Shown: piece by piece, positions 37,519 through 52,329 of the stretch | How the letters are laid out: each line of letters starts with the position of its first letter | Position numbering within the stretch: position 1 is the first letter of the stretch | Source of the DNA: Perkinsus chesapeaki ATCC PRA-425 | Lineage: Eukaryota; Protista; Perkinsozoa | Direction: 5' to 3' | Assembly: GCA_013115145.1 (NCBI GenBank) | Contig: JAAPAO010000087.1 | Span: 1-64,000, forward strand | DNA: 64,000 bases | The notes under the pieces: model-generated | Told to the model about the DNA's origin: nothing | The model's input: only the letters and a program-made list of their open reading frames with translations | Database searches by the model: none | Position numbers and translations under genes: made by a program

Positions 37519-38217
37519 TTTCCTCGGTCACGCCAGGTGACACATGTCACGCCCTACGGGTCGCACGTACATTGTTATAGAAACCTCCAAGGCTCCACTT
37601 CGCCACAGAGTTTCCTCATCTCTACCTACCGTGCGACCTAAGATACGCGAGTTTCAGCGATGTCAGATGATTGCGGTGGTATTTAACATGCTGCTGCACG
37701 ACTTATTTCTTTCGGAAAGGTTGAATGTAATGTGGTGGATCCGAAAACCCCAGAGGACAAGAGCGATCAACGCAGGCGTCGAGTAACCTTTGGGCAGACT
37801 CCAGCTAAAAATCCAGACATTAACACGCGAGAAGCAGACGGCGCAGTCTGCTATGGGATGCGGGAAACTAAACATAAAGTACATGTAGATGCGATAATAA
37901 GTTATGTTTAATGACCGCTCTGTGCGCGAGAACACTGCGCACAAAGAAGGCCAGACACACAACACAACTGCGGTCGAGGGCCTTCACTCGACGAGGGCCC
38001 AACACCTGAAATCATCCGATTGGCCCCCAAGTGCATAATCCCACTACGTAGAACTAATACGCCTGATAGCCGTAGCAGGTGGGACGCAAGTGCACCCGAT
38101 TGTCCCAGATGTGATTAGAAACTCAATGGCAAGAAACTCAAAGTGAGCGGCGGCGGCGGTGATCATAGAATGGTACAGCATATCGGTGATAAAATATGTG
38201 AATTTACGTATGAATAG

Positions 38218-41200
38218 TTACAGCCAGGGCATCCAGTCATAGGGAGCGGCCGAGGCAATCTCAGTCTCGTTCCTTGCTCTCTCAATGAGCTCGGCTATGT
38301 GATGCCCATAAGCTCGAATATCACCACCCGGCTGGGCAATGAAGTCCAGCCTTTGTCCAACCAGGACAATGCGCCGTTCAACTTCGACAGATATCTCCGT
38401 ACTCGACAGGGCTTGTGGGTTACTAAAATGAATACAAGTGTGACAGGCGGTCTCCATCTGTAGCGAAGTGCTCACCTTGAAAGTTGCGAGCGCAGCTCCA
38501 AGCGGACGGCATCAAGGAAGGGTTCCTTGTGTTCGGCCAAGCATTCAGCGAGAGCGATCATAACAGCTGGCATTGTTGCCGACCAGTTACGGTCCCCAAG
38601 AAGGTCGCATAGGCCCCTTGTGAGCCGGAAGGGTATAGGATGCAGACTGTGTCCTATCTCCCAACTCTTTACGGATGACAGCGGCGCAGAGCCTGAACGA
38701 ACAATTCAACAACGGGGATGCTACTTGGGAAGGACATACCGGGAAGAGTCGTTGAGAGGATGAATTCATCTGGATGAACCGAGGTAGGATCGCTGCCGAG
38801 GATGAAGCTCATAACAGAGGTCAAGCCCAGTTGGCTGGCAAGCTCCTCCAGTAGCTTGGTTGCTGCAGCATGACTAGTTCCTGCCGCCAAGCCATATGCA
38901 GCTCGGCAACTTCTGAATACAGATTCCTTTATAGTGCTTGAGGGTATAACAGGTAGAGGAGATGATTGGCAGCCTCCAATGATGCAAGTGTAAGATCTAA
39001 AAAATAAGAGAACGACTATAAAATCAGAAATAATAATGGAGGACTACTTGCTATCAAACGAGGAGTTAGTAGCATCCCTCTCGACGCACTTAGCAATGAG
39101 TGTGTCTACGTCGGTGATTTCCATAATACTCTGTTGTATGGTAGTGTACCATCCAACTCCACAAGTAGACTCCTCCAACCAGCAGTTCTTCGAAGGCAAT
39201 GGTATGAATTCTACACAGTGCATGCGAGCCAGGCACGGGCTGATTGTCGCGGGATCAGTCGACTTCTGTATGAAGCCGTTGATTGAACCAACGAGCTGTC
39301 CAGGTCCGCCGCTGAGGCGGGGCAGAGAAGTACCGTTGTTGACTGATCGAGCACTTCTAGCAACCCAGTAGTATCGACGACCATTGCTGCCTATAAGGGC
39401 TATCTGCCGAACCTTCGGAGCCAATGGACTTCTACCCGACCCCGCAGGAGTAACATACGACACCTCTCCAACCACTCCAGCGAGAGTGATGAAGTTTCGA
39501 CTACCGACAAGAGCCATGCCCGGTCCAGAGAGAAGCGACCGGTTTTGACATAGAGTGAGCCAGGGGACTTCGAGATGCTCTCCCCATTGGGAGTTCTTCA
39601 ACGCTTCGAAGGAAGCGATCGAAGGAGTGCAGCTCTGTTGATACTCCTGACACTTGCCGAGGATCTCACTGCAGAAGGCCTCCCGTTCCTCTACAACAGC
39701 CAAGTCTCGGCCCTCTGTTGATATCTCAGCAACTGAGGCCAAGCGAAGCAGCCCATCAACTGGTGGCATTGGCTCCTTCGGACGCCTTCTTATTGCCGAT
39801 AGCATCTCAGCAGCTTCATCGGCTACAGCTTCTATCGGTCTAGGAGCCATACACTTCAGCAAATCCTCCGACAGGCTGATGCACCGAGGAGCCAAACACT
39901 TGATAACCTGCATAATCTCTGTGCATGCCGTGTGTGCCCTTATGCTCTGCTGGTCGTCCAAGTCGGCCTTCTGAGCGGAAAATGCCGCAAGGCGGTAATA
40001 TACCTTCTGAGGGTGCTTCCCTGCTAGAGCAAGGAGGAGCATCTTGGCACATTCGTGGGCCTCAACATCAGTACCATCAACCATGATATCGAGCAATCTC
40101 GGTAGCCATCTCAGCCAGACAGCCAGAGGAACCTCCACTGCATAAGTCTTGAAAGCAGTCGAGACCGAGTCGTTGTTCTTCCTGCCCATCAGCTCGCGAA
40201 GTACTCTCGGTATAAAGTTATAGGCCAGGCTGGAGTCCAGTCCAACTGCCTGGAGAGCAGCCGTAACAGCTGCTGCTCGGGCCGATAGATCACCCTCGCG
40301 CAGCCATAGAAGGTTAGATAGGTTCTCCCAAGAAGAGGTGCATGTCGGATCTAGTGCCAGCGACGTTGCATAAAGCTGCTCCGCTGATGCGCCAGCACCG
40401 AGGCCGTGATGGATGTTACCCTCGAGGGACACGATCTGAGCGACTTGCTTTGTGGTAAGAGTGTCTATCCAGGATGCCGAATTAAGGGATGTCAGGGTCC
40501 GACGCTGCTGTTCCGCATTCCCCGAGGTAAGCGCAAGTTTTGTGCCCTCGATGACACTCCAGACTCGTTCGTCAAGGCAACCTTGATAGTTTCCAGACCG
40601 CCTCTCAACGGCATATCCCTCCAGGAAGTGGTGAGACACCAGTGGGAGGCCGAGGCGTCTGGCAGCCATCGACATACGAATCTGAAAGAGCAATGACGGA
40701 AGTAAGCTCGCTGAAGTTGACGTACATTCGACCAGGCTGAATCCTGAACGTAGGGTGAGTGGATAGGCTGCAGCCCTTGATTCCCGCGAACGGCCGCCAC
40801 GTCACTTGGTAGGTTAGTCTCGGAAGGATCGACATCTCTAACAGTGAATGGGTTGAACAACAATTAACGCGACATGGTGGTAGTTCACCTGCAGAGCCGC
40901 TTGGCCAGATGGAAGGCGAACTGACGCCAAGTGAAGACCTCCCCCCAAACGCTCATCGGTTCGACACGAGCAGGGACACGGCTGCGCCAGATCTCAAGCT
41001 GTTCACTGAGGTCTGGCACCGCACATACCTTACTCGAGGGAACCTTGGCTTGGCCGGGGGCAGAGTTAAAGTGGGGCAGGCCCATGGCAACAACCTGATG
41101 ATGATGATGATGCACTCGATGACACCTCGAGAGCGCTAAAAGCGGCTGAGCACCTGTCGGAGCTGGTCCAACATTTGGGAGGCCTCTTGTAGCTCGGTAA

Positions 41201-44200
41201 ACTGCTGAAGCATTGGGATAACATCATGGCTCTGCCCCATACCGATATCAATCGGCATTGTCGGAGCCCGAATACCGCAGCTGCAGGCACTAAGGCTACC
41301 ACCAACCTCTGAGATATAGGCATATGAATTTAAAAAGTATTATCGAACTTCATTACTCCCCATCCACATATTGAGCAGTTGATTCCAAACACGCTGATTT
41401 GTTTGTTCGACGTCTAAAAGCATCTCACTCTTCTTCTTCTGGCTATCCGGACCAGCGATATTGTCATACTGGCTGTGAGCAAAGTACGCCGATCGGAGCT
41501 TCATTTGAGGGTAGCTGGACCAATCATACTTGCTGACGCTATCTTGGATAGTCTTCCAGTCTTGTACACGAGAAGCCATCTCCAGCTCGAGTAAGGGTCG
41601 GTCGCCGAATATATAGGATTCCTCCCCTTTGCCGTTGACGCTCCACCAAGTAAGCTCCTTTGTACAGGACTCCCAAACGGACATTGCAGTCTTAACACTT
41701 TCATCATCTACCCGAGTTTGACCAGGGAAATGCTGTTGCTGATTGATCCAAGCTTCTATCAAGGACTGGGCGTCGACCCAACGGCCATGACGAGCAAGCG
41801 TGTCCGCCTGCAACACGCCATCTTCGACACCCATGGCACGCCGAGCCCAGATTTCCGTGTCAGCATCACCTGTACGGCGGCAAAGGTCCAGTATAGCCCA
41901 CCAAGATTCCATCGCGGGAACATCGTCATTTCCTACAGCCATCTGCTGCAAGGCTTCGGATGCTAGGGACCAGCAGCGATGGTCACATGCACACTGTATG
42001 AGAACGAGTGGATCTATACCGTCGGACCCGTCGCAGCGATTTAGGCCAAGTAGGAGAGTCTGCGGAACGCTAGGGTTAAGCGCGCTTTGACGGCCAAGTA
42101 AGGTGATTTCTCCTAGTAAATGCTGGCATGCTCGGATGGTCCTGTGAGTGGCAAGTTGAGGGAATACTTCAGACCAGACCTCGGAGGCAACATCCACCGA
42201 AGAACTGTAGACCTCGTGCATCGTTATCAGCCTCTGCGATGGATCCGACACCTTCTCAATCGCTTCCTTCACTTCCGCCGGTAACATAGTGCAATCGCTG
42301 CCGCCAGCGGGTGTGAGCTCAAGCAGCTGTGTTGGTAGGAGCACAAGATCGAGGAGCACTGGTATGAAATATCGGTCGCTGACGCATTCCCAGTTGAGGC
42401 GTGCCAACGCCCACACCAATCTATCCTCAATTCGGGAATGAGCAGACTCAGGCATAAAGTTGTCGACTATGCACTGTATACATCGTTTCCGCACATCACA
42501 GTCCCAACTGGTGCATCCAACGAGGAGGCAGGAGATGGCCAACTCAGCGGAATCTATCTCAAGATCTCCAGGGCCGACCGTATGCCTCAAATACTCGCAC
42601 AGTGGGCACACAACTTCCGTTATAATTATCCTATACAGCAGTGACCGCGATGCCACCGGCCACATGCCTCTGGCATTGGGCTCGCCATATCGACCAGATA
42701 CAAGACCAACAGTAGCTGGGGTAGGCAGACCAGCTTGAGGGATGAAGTTGTACAGCCGTTCTGACGTTACTTGATCACAGGCGCGGAGAGTTTGCATACC
42801 GTCAACGGCCCTAGCAAGGCGCAATAGTGAATCCAAGCCGTCCTCGAGAACTGCTTCTTCTCTATGGGTTTCCCAAAGGCCGGTAAAGGCACCAGGACGA
42901 GTATCATGCAACCACTTCCCTAAGGCAGACAGACCGTCTGAATCAGACTCATCTGCTAGGACAAGGGGGTCATCAGTTAGGAAAGCCTCACCCATAATGC
43001 ACCGCTTGAAGCTCTGAGCACAGAATACCAGTAGCGGTACAAGCACCAAAGGCTGAAGAACAGCTGGAACACCGTAGGTCTGCATAGTGGCGCTATGATT
43101 AGAAGATGACGGTAGTATATGATAATACTGCAACACATTAACAATGGAACCGCTTGAACCTTGCGTATCTTGGGCTAAAGTCACTAAGGGGCTTAGAACC
43201 TCCAAAACGAATACCAGCAATGCCTGGAATTCATGATGCTCTGGCGTCGGCAACTGTGATACTTTCTTATCTGGACTTGTAGTTGAGGTAGTAGTAGCGG
43301 TACGGAGTATTAAACCCTTGTGTGGGAGACCAAGAATAGCCAGACTGTAGAGTCGTACAGCCCGAGCGAGTGCATTGGGTAAAGCCTCGATCTGAGCTAA
43401 CCAACCGCTACCAGCGTAAGAGTGAACCAGCTTAGAAGGATCTATTCCCATATCCAAGTCGTCAGGGCTGCTCCCTACCGCCAAGAGACCTCCGAGTTGA
43501 AGAGCCAATCGATCCTTAGCCTCTTGGAGCAAGAGCTGATGGATAGCCTTTGGGGTGATAACGGTGACCAACTCGAAGATACCAGCTTTGGTAGCCCTTT
43601 TCAGTCCACTACGGAAACACTCCAACCACGCGGCGGCGATGTCCGGCTCTACAGACGTGACGAGTGCCTCAAATGCTTTCATACCAGCTGTTGGTGTTAC
43701 ACAGAAGTTTTGAGAACCTTCCTTGGATCCTGGCACGACACTAGGGACATATGAACCAACACCCTTGCTCTTATGCTTAGTCAACACAGCTAGTGAGGAT
43801 GCAATTCCATCTGTCAGGGTCATATAAAAGCCCACAATAACTTCACTGTCTATAGCTTGACCATCAAATACGCTGCTCTGGTGGCGATAGGAGACGGGAC
43901 TACTTCTGGGATTGCCAGATCCTTTACACCGCTCAAGTATAGCCTCGGGGGACAGAGGGCACGGCATCCGTGGAACAATAACCCTCAGCAATGCTGCCAG
44001 CTCTGTTGATATAGACTTCTCAGTTGTTATAAGAGACAAGCTCAAACATTGATGACAAAACTCCACCAGTTTTGATGACTCCTTAGCCGCACCAGGGGCC
44101 ATAACACGGATAAGTCTTATAGAAGTCGCCAGTATCCTGTTGTACCGATTGAGCTCCTCACGATAGTTGAGATCAGCCTTATTGGCCGCACCGGCATCAG

Positions 44201-47200
44201 CGGGGCTACCGTTAGAGGGGGTAGTAAAGGTCTTCATGATGACAGATTGAGCCGCAACACGAGACATAGGAGTATCCAGGGTTACTGCTACCGCCTTGGG
44301 GAATCGACTATTAATCTCGGCAAACTTCTGAATACAAGTGTTCGTCAGACTACCAGCACATGCTCCTAGATGAGTTGCCGTCCCTAGAAGATGAGGGGCA
44401 GACGACATTGGGGGCATCGCCGGATTACCACCTGGTTGTGTTGGGTTCTCACACACTGCCCCCAATGAGCAGTTGGGATATGCCGAAACAGATTCTGCCT
44501 TGAGCTGGGTGGTGACGATGTGATCAGGAGATGCTCTTGATACATTATACCTGCTCAAAGGGTCCTCAAATGCAGAAGTCGAGTAAGCCGTTGATATCGC
44601 CATGTGGAGGTAGAACTCAGCCAGAGATGCTAGTGCCGAATCGGAGTCCACACCTTTGGATTTATTCGGACTGACCAGGATTGAAAATAGGCAATCCGAA
44701 ATATCGAGGGACAGTCGACGACAATTAAGTTCATGCTCACTGAGTTTCGTAGACTCAAACTCCATAGCAGCACCAAAGCGCCACATAGCATGCAGCCCTG
44801 GTTGAATCAATTCGGCGGCGAGGTCGGCGAACAGCTCCTTGCAACCTATGATAGTCTTCCACCCAAATATGCACCCTGCCGATTCTATATGACCATCAGA
44901 TACCAAATCCAGTATACCCTTACGCCAGTCGGCGGGGGCATCACCGCTGGAAGAGGGCACTGAAGGGGTCGATGTCCTCGACAAGATCCTCAGAAACTGA
45001 TCAAATGCCTGATTGATTAGTAGAGGAAGCTGGTCCTTGAGCATGCCTTCAGCTGGACTATCCGGCCTTAGCATGCGGGCCCGCATGATCTCCAAAATGT
45101 TTCTACAGGCATCTTGTGAATCAGACTGGGTTTGGCCAACCAGCTTAACAAGCGCCTCGAAGCTCCATCGAGAACCAGCAATAGCTTGAGAGTTACGTAG
45201 CATGTCCAGGCAGGAAGAAATGAGGCTTTCTCTCAGCAATTCCATTTCACTTCTCTTGGATTCAGGACATATTTTCAATAGGTGAAGGGACAGCTTCATG
45301 CTGCCCACCTTCAACGCTTCGGACTGGACACGGAACTTGCCCTCTGAGAAAAGCTTATCTGTGACCCCCTTCAAATCCATCACGTGAAGACATTCTTCGG
45401 TGATAAGTGGACAAAGAAAATCCAATACGACCAGCTTGAAGTTGACTTTGATGTTAGCAATGTCGAAACAGTCTAGCAATAAATGGAGTAAGGTAGCCGT
45501 CTCTTCTGATGACCATCTAGAAGGTGCACCCATCCACTCAGTGACAGAGGTAGTATTCCAGGCTTTGCTGTCCAAACACATCAAACTACAGAGCTGCAAG
45601 ATAACATTCATTCTCATAGGGTCGTTCGACTGTACAATTGGTGAGCGTAGAAAGGACACGTAGCAGGCGGCAAGATGACTTGTGATAGTGGCATTGACCA
45701 AGGGCGAAGCCGAGGCTTTCCAGCTTATTGGTGCCGACCCTTTGCCACTGACCATACCAAATTTAGCCAATATACTGATGAGACAGAAGTTGTCACAGGG
45801 AACGTAGTTGTTGGCCAAGAAGTCATCGTCGGCCTCACACAAACCAGCGACCAGCTTCACCGCGGAGGTGACCACGTTAAGTTGTAAGGGAGTAAGCTTC
45901 TCAATGGTATTGCAGTCTTCAGGGATACCAGCGTCCTTCAAGGCCGATGCAACAGCAGCAGGAACGCATTGCTCCATGCTCTCCAGTAAAGAACACCACC
46001 TAGTCGGCGTAGAGTAGGCCTTGGACAACAAAGCCTCGACGTGCGACACAAGCGATGTCATGCTATTGGCCAGCATAGCCCTTTCACCGGCAACATCGTG
46101 AGACTTCTGTCTAGGACTTGGTGGCTGTGATTGGGTGGACAAGATGATTCTCATAATATACCGAGAAGCTGGAGCAGCCCAGTCGTTGAGGAGATCGAGC
46201 AGTACCTCACTGAAGGGATCGAAGAGCACGGACTCTTGATTGGTCATGAAGGGAAGGCCGCGGTCCAATAACCGTATCACCACTGGAGTTATCCTAGTTA
46301 TAGCTGAGGTAACGTGAACCTCATCCTGGGGCTTAACCACAGCCGAGAAGGCTCGGATGAGTACAATACACTCGCACAAATCAGCTCGCGCCAAACCCGT
46401 TTGCCGAGCCATTGTCATACCGACACCCTGATTAACGGGATTCTCGTCAAGCGAGGACGGACCTCTGAATAACCAAGTTCCGCCGCCAGGTGCATTTGCA
46501 TGTGAGTCACTTAGACTACCGATAGACGTCCGAGCTAATGCCCCACAAATGATATCTAATCTCCCGATCAGCGAATCACGGGCCCATGTAGCGACTTGGC
46601 TATCGGCGTCTTTAGGGCTTAAAAGAATAGCTAAGACTCGGCAGAACTGTTTTGTTGCAATTGCAGGGTCGACCCAAGGATTATCGGGATGAACTCTGAG
46701 CAAATCCAAAAGTGAGCGTAGGAGAGGATTAATGATGGATCTCGAAAGAGTCGCCGAGAATGAGATAGTCGATATATCAGATACCACTTGAAGGGCATAG
46801 AAAGCAGCATCGATAACAGCGGGCTTATAGTTAGAGGTAACAAGTAGCCTCCGAAGTAGCCACAAAGTGACCCACTCTCGCAAGCAACATCGATGGGGCC
46901 GAGGTTTGGTATCTGCCCCACTTGTGGTAGGCTGCAAATTAGGCTCCATTGAACACGAGCACAGGCCTGGCTGATTGACTAGGCCATGGAGCTCAGAGTT
47001 TACCAACAGCAGCTTTGATGCTCGAATGGCGAGGACCATAATCCGATTGTCCTCCAAGTTGAAGAACACAGGCGTTACTCGGGGGTTCCGGATGGAAGGC
47101 TTCCCCAGCAGGAGGCTATTAGCCGGCGGATTAGCATCATCTAACTCGTTCAGCATGTCCAGAAAGTCATGTGATAGCCACCGAGTCAATGCCTTGTTGA

Positions 47201-50200
47201 AGGGGGGCTTCTGGCATGAAAGGACTACACATAGCGCTTGCAGAGCTGACTGAATACCAGGTGTGGTCTCGGCAACGTTCTGGATGAAAATCCGCGAGAG
47301 CGGTACATTTTCCTCCAGTATTCCCGCTAGACTCCGCTTAACCTTAGCAGCGTATTTGGTTAGTGCAGCTTCCGCAAGAGGGGTCTCATTGCAGGGCCGA
47401 AGAATGGACGCGACCATGACCTCAACCAGATCCGATGATTCCCGTTCGACCAGATTTATACAAACATCAATTACAGCCTCAGAAATTCTGCGGGCATCGA
47501 GCCACTCCGGAGATCCACCCATGCCACGGATGGCATTATCGTTGAGCTCCAAAGCGGCCTTTGTGGCATTAACGATCATATCCTCAGAGACTGCCTCACC
47601 GTCAGCTTCAAGAATCGACAGAACAATCTTTCCAGAGAAGGACCTCCTCGAACAGGTTGTCCCACTTATCATACCATCGATGGCGAAGTCCATGACAATG
47701 GCACGAGTGCTGACGTCATGAGATGCCACTAACATCATGCATCGCCTAATAACTTCCGATATATTGTTAAAAGCTTGATGGTTGTCAGCTAGTCCAAGTA
47801 GACTAGATACCAACACCTTCGCTTGTGCCTCCCCATGCTCTATCCTAGCAGTAACTGCGGCATGCAAGCACTCCTCAGCTGCAACACCAATCTCCTCCGG
47901 AAGGGAGCATTCTTTACACACAACCACGCTCAATACTAGCCCTTCCATACAGCGTGACAGCAACCAAGCACTCAGGATTTTATTTTCATCGTAAATGCCC
48001 AACTGAGCCGCCATTGTCTGGCATAGTACCACCGCTGTCAACAGCTTACGCTTAGGGGGCGGCGGTGACTCCTCGAGAATTGTGGTGAACGGTGTACCAT
48101 CACTACGCATCCATTTCTTAACTTGGATTGCGTGAGATCGGAGCAGATCAAGCGCAAGCTTCCAGGCTCCGTCCGGTGGTAGAGCAATCAGTGACGCACT
48201 GTTGCCGTGACCTGTCTTGATCGTGAAAGACAACTGCTGCAGTTCCTCTTCGCCACCGCCCACTTCAGCGTAGCTCTTCTGGGGGCGCATCTCGCAGGTG
48301 ACGCCATCAGCATTGCTTAATACACTACAGCGTGTGCCAAGCTTCCCAAAAGCTTTGAACGCCCTTATTGCGATTGCCTGTGAGTGATGTTGAGCATGGA
48401 CAATCTCCCCCGGTGGAGGTACAGTCAGCTTCATCAGCGCTGAAAGGACCGTATTAGGGGACACTTCCCCCAGGCCACGCCAAGCACTAGTTGACACATT
48501 CGACTCAGCTATCAGGGCCGGATGCAAGATATCATGGTGAAGATTAAGGCAATGGTCCAAGAAGGCTAGGGCCTGCACGGTGAGCTCAGGGCCATGCGGA
48601 AGCCTCGTAGAGTCGGTAATGTCCAACCTATTATAATCATGCTCCAGTGCCTTCGTCAAGATAGGTATGAGCTTGTTGAGCCTCGGAGCCATATGAGCCT
48701 TGAAGTCCACAGGTATTGAAAGGGATATCTCGAGAAGTGCAGATCGACACCACTCCGGCAAGGAGCTTCCAGGGACCGATGTGAGTTCAGTGACATAATC
48801 GATGATAGGATCGATAAGCTCCTGCATCTCCCGTATATCGAAAAGGTTGCCGCCCTTAGTAATAGCACGGAAGGCTGTTTTCACTATACCAACAACATTA
48901 TTAGGTTCACCAGCCAAGGTAGACTGTGCTAGCTGTAGACACTCACAGACAATGTCTGATATCTGCGGTGCCATTGTCGGGCCTCCACTCGTCGAGAAAT
49001 GGGCAACACACTTCACCACCCATTTATAGAGCCTCAGTAAAACGCTTCCACTATCGAATGTAAAGCACGTATTAGGCATGCTGTCACAGTTCTCTCGGAG
49101 ACCATAGAACTCGACACACTTGATGTAGGAGTCATCGGGGCTATTACCTGCCTGGAAGGCAATCTCACATGGTTGAGGAGCCACATCCCCTCCAAGCAGC
49201 CGCCCAAACGGTTCGCGGTATGCCTCAAAACGGTCAAGCCGAGTCTGCTCAACAGTACGCTCTGCACCGGGGCGATCAGCAGGCTCCGTTTGGGTGTCGA
49301 GGAATCTATCTACAACTTGGTATCGGGGATTGAACCACTTCCGTGGTATACCAGAACTCATAGCTTCGGGATCTTTCTCGTTGAAGGCAAAGATATCCTC
49401 AATGCGATGTACCGATAATGCTACTAGTATTTCGGTGAATGCAGGACTGGTATAGGCTTGGGACATGAACTGCTGAGTTAGAACGAGAGCGATGTTATTA
49501 ACGGATACCACTCTTAGCAGCCAACTGAAGCGATACGCGAATAAATCGGTAAAGGTGGTTTTATTGAGGTGCTGGAAGACCCCGCCAAACGCATCCAGCA
49601 AGGCCTGCTCTTCTGCATTGCTGCTCTGCACCATCATAGCAAACATACCCTCCGCAGTGAAGGCCTTCTGATCACCCATTTGAAGTAGAGTATCCGACTC
49701 TGGCTTTCTCTCATGCAGATTCATACTTGTCGCCAAGTGCTGTAGTGACGTTGCAGTTGCCACAAGATGACACATCTTCATACCGCCAACAAGATACCTA
49801 TCTAACATTTCCAAAGACTGTCTTGAACGAGCCACTGATGTTGGACACTTATTAGCCATACACCAGAATATGGGCTTTGATAGGCTTATTAACGCCCTAG
49901 CCAGCTCCCGTAATTGGGCCACTCCAGTCACTATTGTTGCCAAAGGTATCACAGGCAATGCTTTATTCGATTGTTGGTCAGAAGAATGCCCTACATTTAA
50001 AGAGGCTGCTATCCCCTTATTATCAACAGCGCATGCAGCCCAGTCACACTGAGGTGCCAAAAGCCTCATAATTTCAGCGATCGTCATCCACGTGTTATTA
50101 ACCTTTCCTCTAGCTCTCTCCGCCCAGCGTAAAACAATAGAAGGGATACGAGCCCGCTGTTCAAGGTCTTCTTCTTCATCCACTAGGTAGATGCCCTCAC

Positions 50201-51971
50201 CCGCCAAGACAATAGCACCTATTATAGTGTCAATCTCACCGACAAGTCTCTCGAAATTAACCGTAACCGCAGAAAGTAGCTGCAACGGTATATCCGAGTA
50301 GGGCCCGCTCGAAGGCTTTGGCAAACCCTGGCCGTCCCCGCTTCTCGAGGGTGATGATGATGCTGCTGGAGACGTCTCAGAAGCCTGTACTGACTCCCGA
50401 GAGCTCCCCTGTTGCTGCTGTCCTGTCTTCGGCACCTCATTCGGCTTATTGATAGTTTGGTCCGCCAAGCTCAAGAGTAGACCAACGCAGGCAGTTCGGC
50501 TCGAGAAGGGCATAGTGCTGTCCAAAAGATAGCCGCAAAAGAGGCCAAAAGCTGCTATAGTTTGTGGAGTGGTGAGCCTCGAACGTAGTATAAGGATGAC
50601 GTCGGACTGTATAGACAGGACCATAGCTCTGAGATAATCCCTCGTAGAGAGATCACTATCCATTGATCTATCAGAAACTCCTAGCATGACCTTCTCGTCG
50701 AGGATACTGTCTAGCTTACCAGCCAATGGACCAGCACATTGCTGACCCTCCAAAGTGACGAATCTCTTAAAGAGGCCCAAAAGGTTCCACCTATAGCTCA
50801 AAGCATCGGTTATTCCACGAGGATTCTCCGTCCTCGACAAGAGGAATGAAAAGCTATCAACCAATGCATTTGGGCAACCCGGAAACTCACATTTCGTCCA
50901 GGCCGGCACATTGCGAGAATTGGAGCCTCCACCTGCACAGTTGGCTGCTGCTGCTGCTTCATAGTTGCTCACTATAAACGAGATGGTCCTGTAATGTGCC
51001 AATGCCAACACATCGCTTGCTCCCTCTATGCACTCTACACTTGACCCGCTCAGCATCCTGGCCAGGTCCACCCTGCCCAGCCCTATAATTGCCGGTAAAT
51101 GCTCAGCACACTTCTTTATTGTTTGTGACATCGATATCACGCCCTCATGATCTCCCCCCGATTGAGCTATATCAAATACGACTTCTACAAGGGGAACTGC
51201 CTGCGATATCATGTCCAGTGCGTCGAACACAATGCCGCCCGCGACCTCGTTCTGGGATAAACTCGGTAGAGTTCCCAAAAGTGTCAATATATGGCTCGAT
51301 AATATCTTAATCTGTTCCATCGAAACAACTCTCTGCACACTGTGTACCCCTCCCTCGACCATCAATGCCGTCAGAATGCTCGTTTGTCCCTGTACAGCCA
51401 TCGCCCCTACTCCCCGATATGAACCTGGATCCTTTGGGACAGGATAAGCTGAGACGCTGCTGCCACTATAGGTAGACCTAGTGATAGCATCAACCGACAA
51501 AACCATGGTCTCCAAAAATGTCTTAAACAAACCGGACATGCCGTCCCATACTTGCCGACCCGATACACGGTACAGCACTGACACACTGGCTTTTAGACTC
51601 GCCTTCCCGCTGGCCATTGGGGACACCAATTTTCCCTGATTAGAACGATCCACAAACTCCTTCAAAAGGGGAACCGTATGGCTATAGAAGGAGCTTCTCT
51701 GTTCCTCGCTAACTCCAGCTTGGTCATATATTTCACAGATCCCCATTACCGTCTCACACACTTGTTTCTCCAACCCCTCCAATGCACTCTTTTCACTTGT
51801 AACACCACCAGTCAACAGTGCAGTCTCACTCCGAGCTCGAGCACTATTAAGCTCCACCATAAGAGATCGCAGCTTACTAGTCTCTTGCGCAAGGGGATTC
51901 TTGTTGCCATGCTGCCACCCCGATGACGTCTGCGCACTATATGATGGTGATGGAGAAGATGATGATGACAT
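38218..51971 (-). CDS. TRA1: TRRAP/Tra1 PIKK-family pseudokinase (HEAT-FAT-PI3K-like-FATC), over 4000 aa
   Basis: A 3543-aa first ORF of HEAT repeats with Tra1-like segments (LLRLYKWVVKCV; EISLSIPV..LIPILTKAL; VWESCTKELTWW). Later exons give FTELQEA, WRSRVP..WGEVFTWRQ, VWLRWLPRLL, HPQKVYYRL, RQIALIGSNGRRY, IPFRLTRG and FATC LIERARNETEIASAAPYDWMPWL*. No DRHxxN/DFG catalytic motifs. Confidence 0.9.
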
Positions 51972-52329
51972 ATTAACGGCCTTGGGACCCTTTACTACTA
52001 CTACCCCAAGGCCTTAACAACAACAACTAACAACAAAGGTAACAATACAATTAGACGTTAACAAAGACCGACCATAAAATAACAATACTGTATGTATACC
52101 AGAAACCCTCAAGGAATCATGCATGCTTCAACCTCAGATCCAATCACTTATATGTTGTTTGCCTTCTAAAATACCGACTTCGATAAATGGTTTTATTATT
52201 ATGTTTATCGCTCATATAGACCTGACCCTTCTTAGCCCTAGCCCAGTAGAACACTTGCATCGGCACTGTCTTAACTCGCCAATCAGCCTTCATCAAATCA
52301 CGTTTCGTTTCCTGATCAGACATTTCCTC

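Noticed and set aside
41501-51926. Many 60-150 aa plus-strand ORFs
   Set aside because: Antisense shadows of the long TRA1 coding exon.
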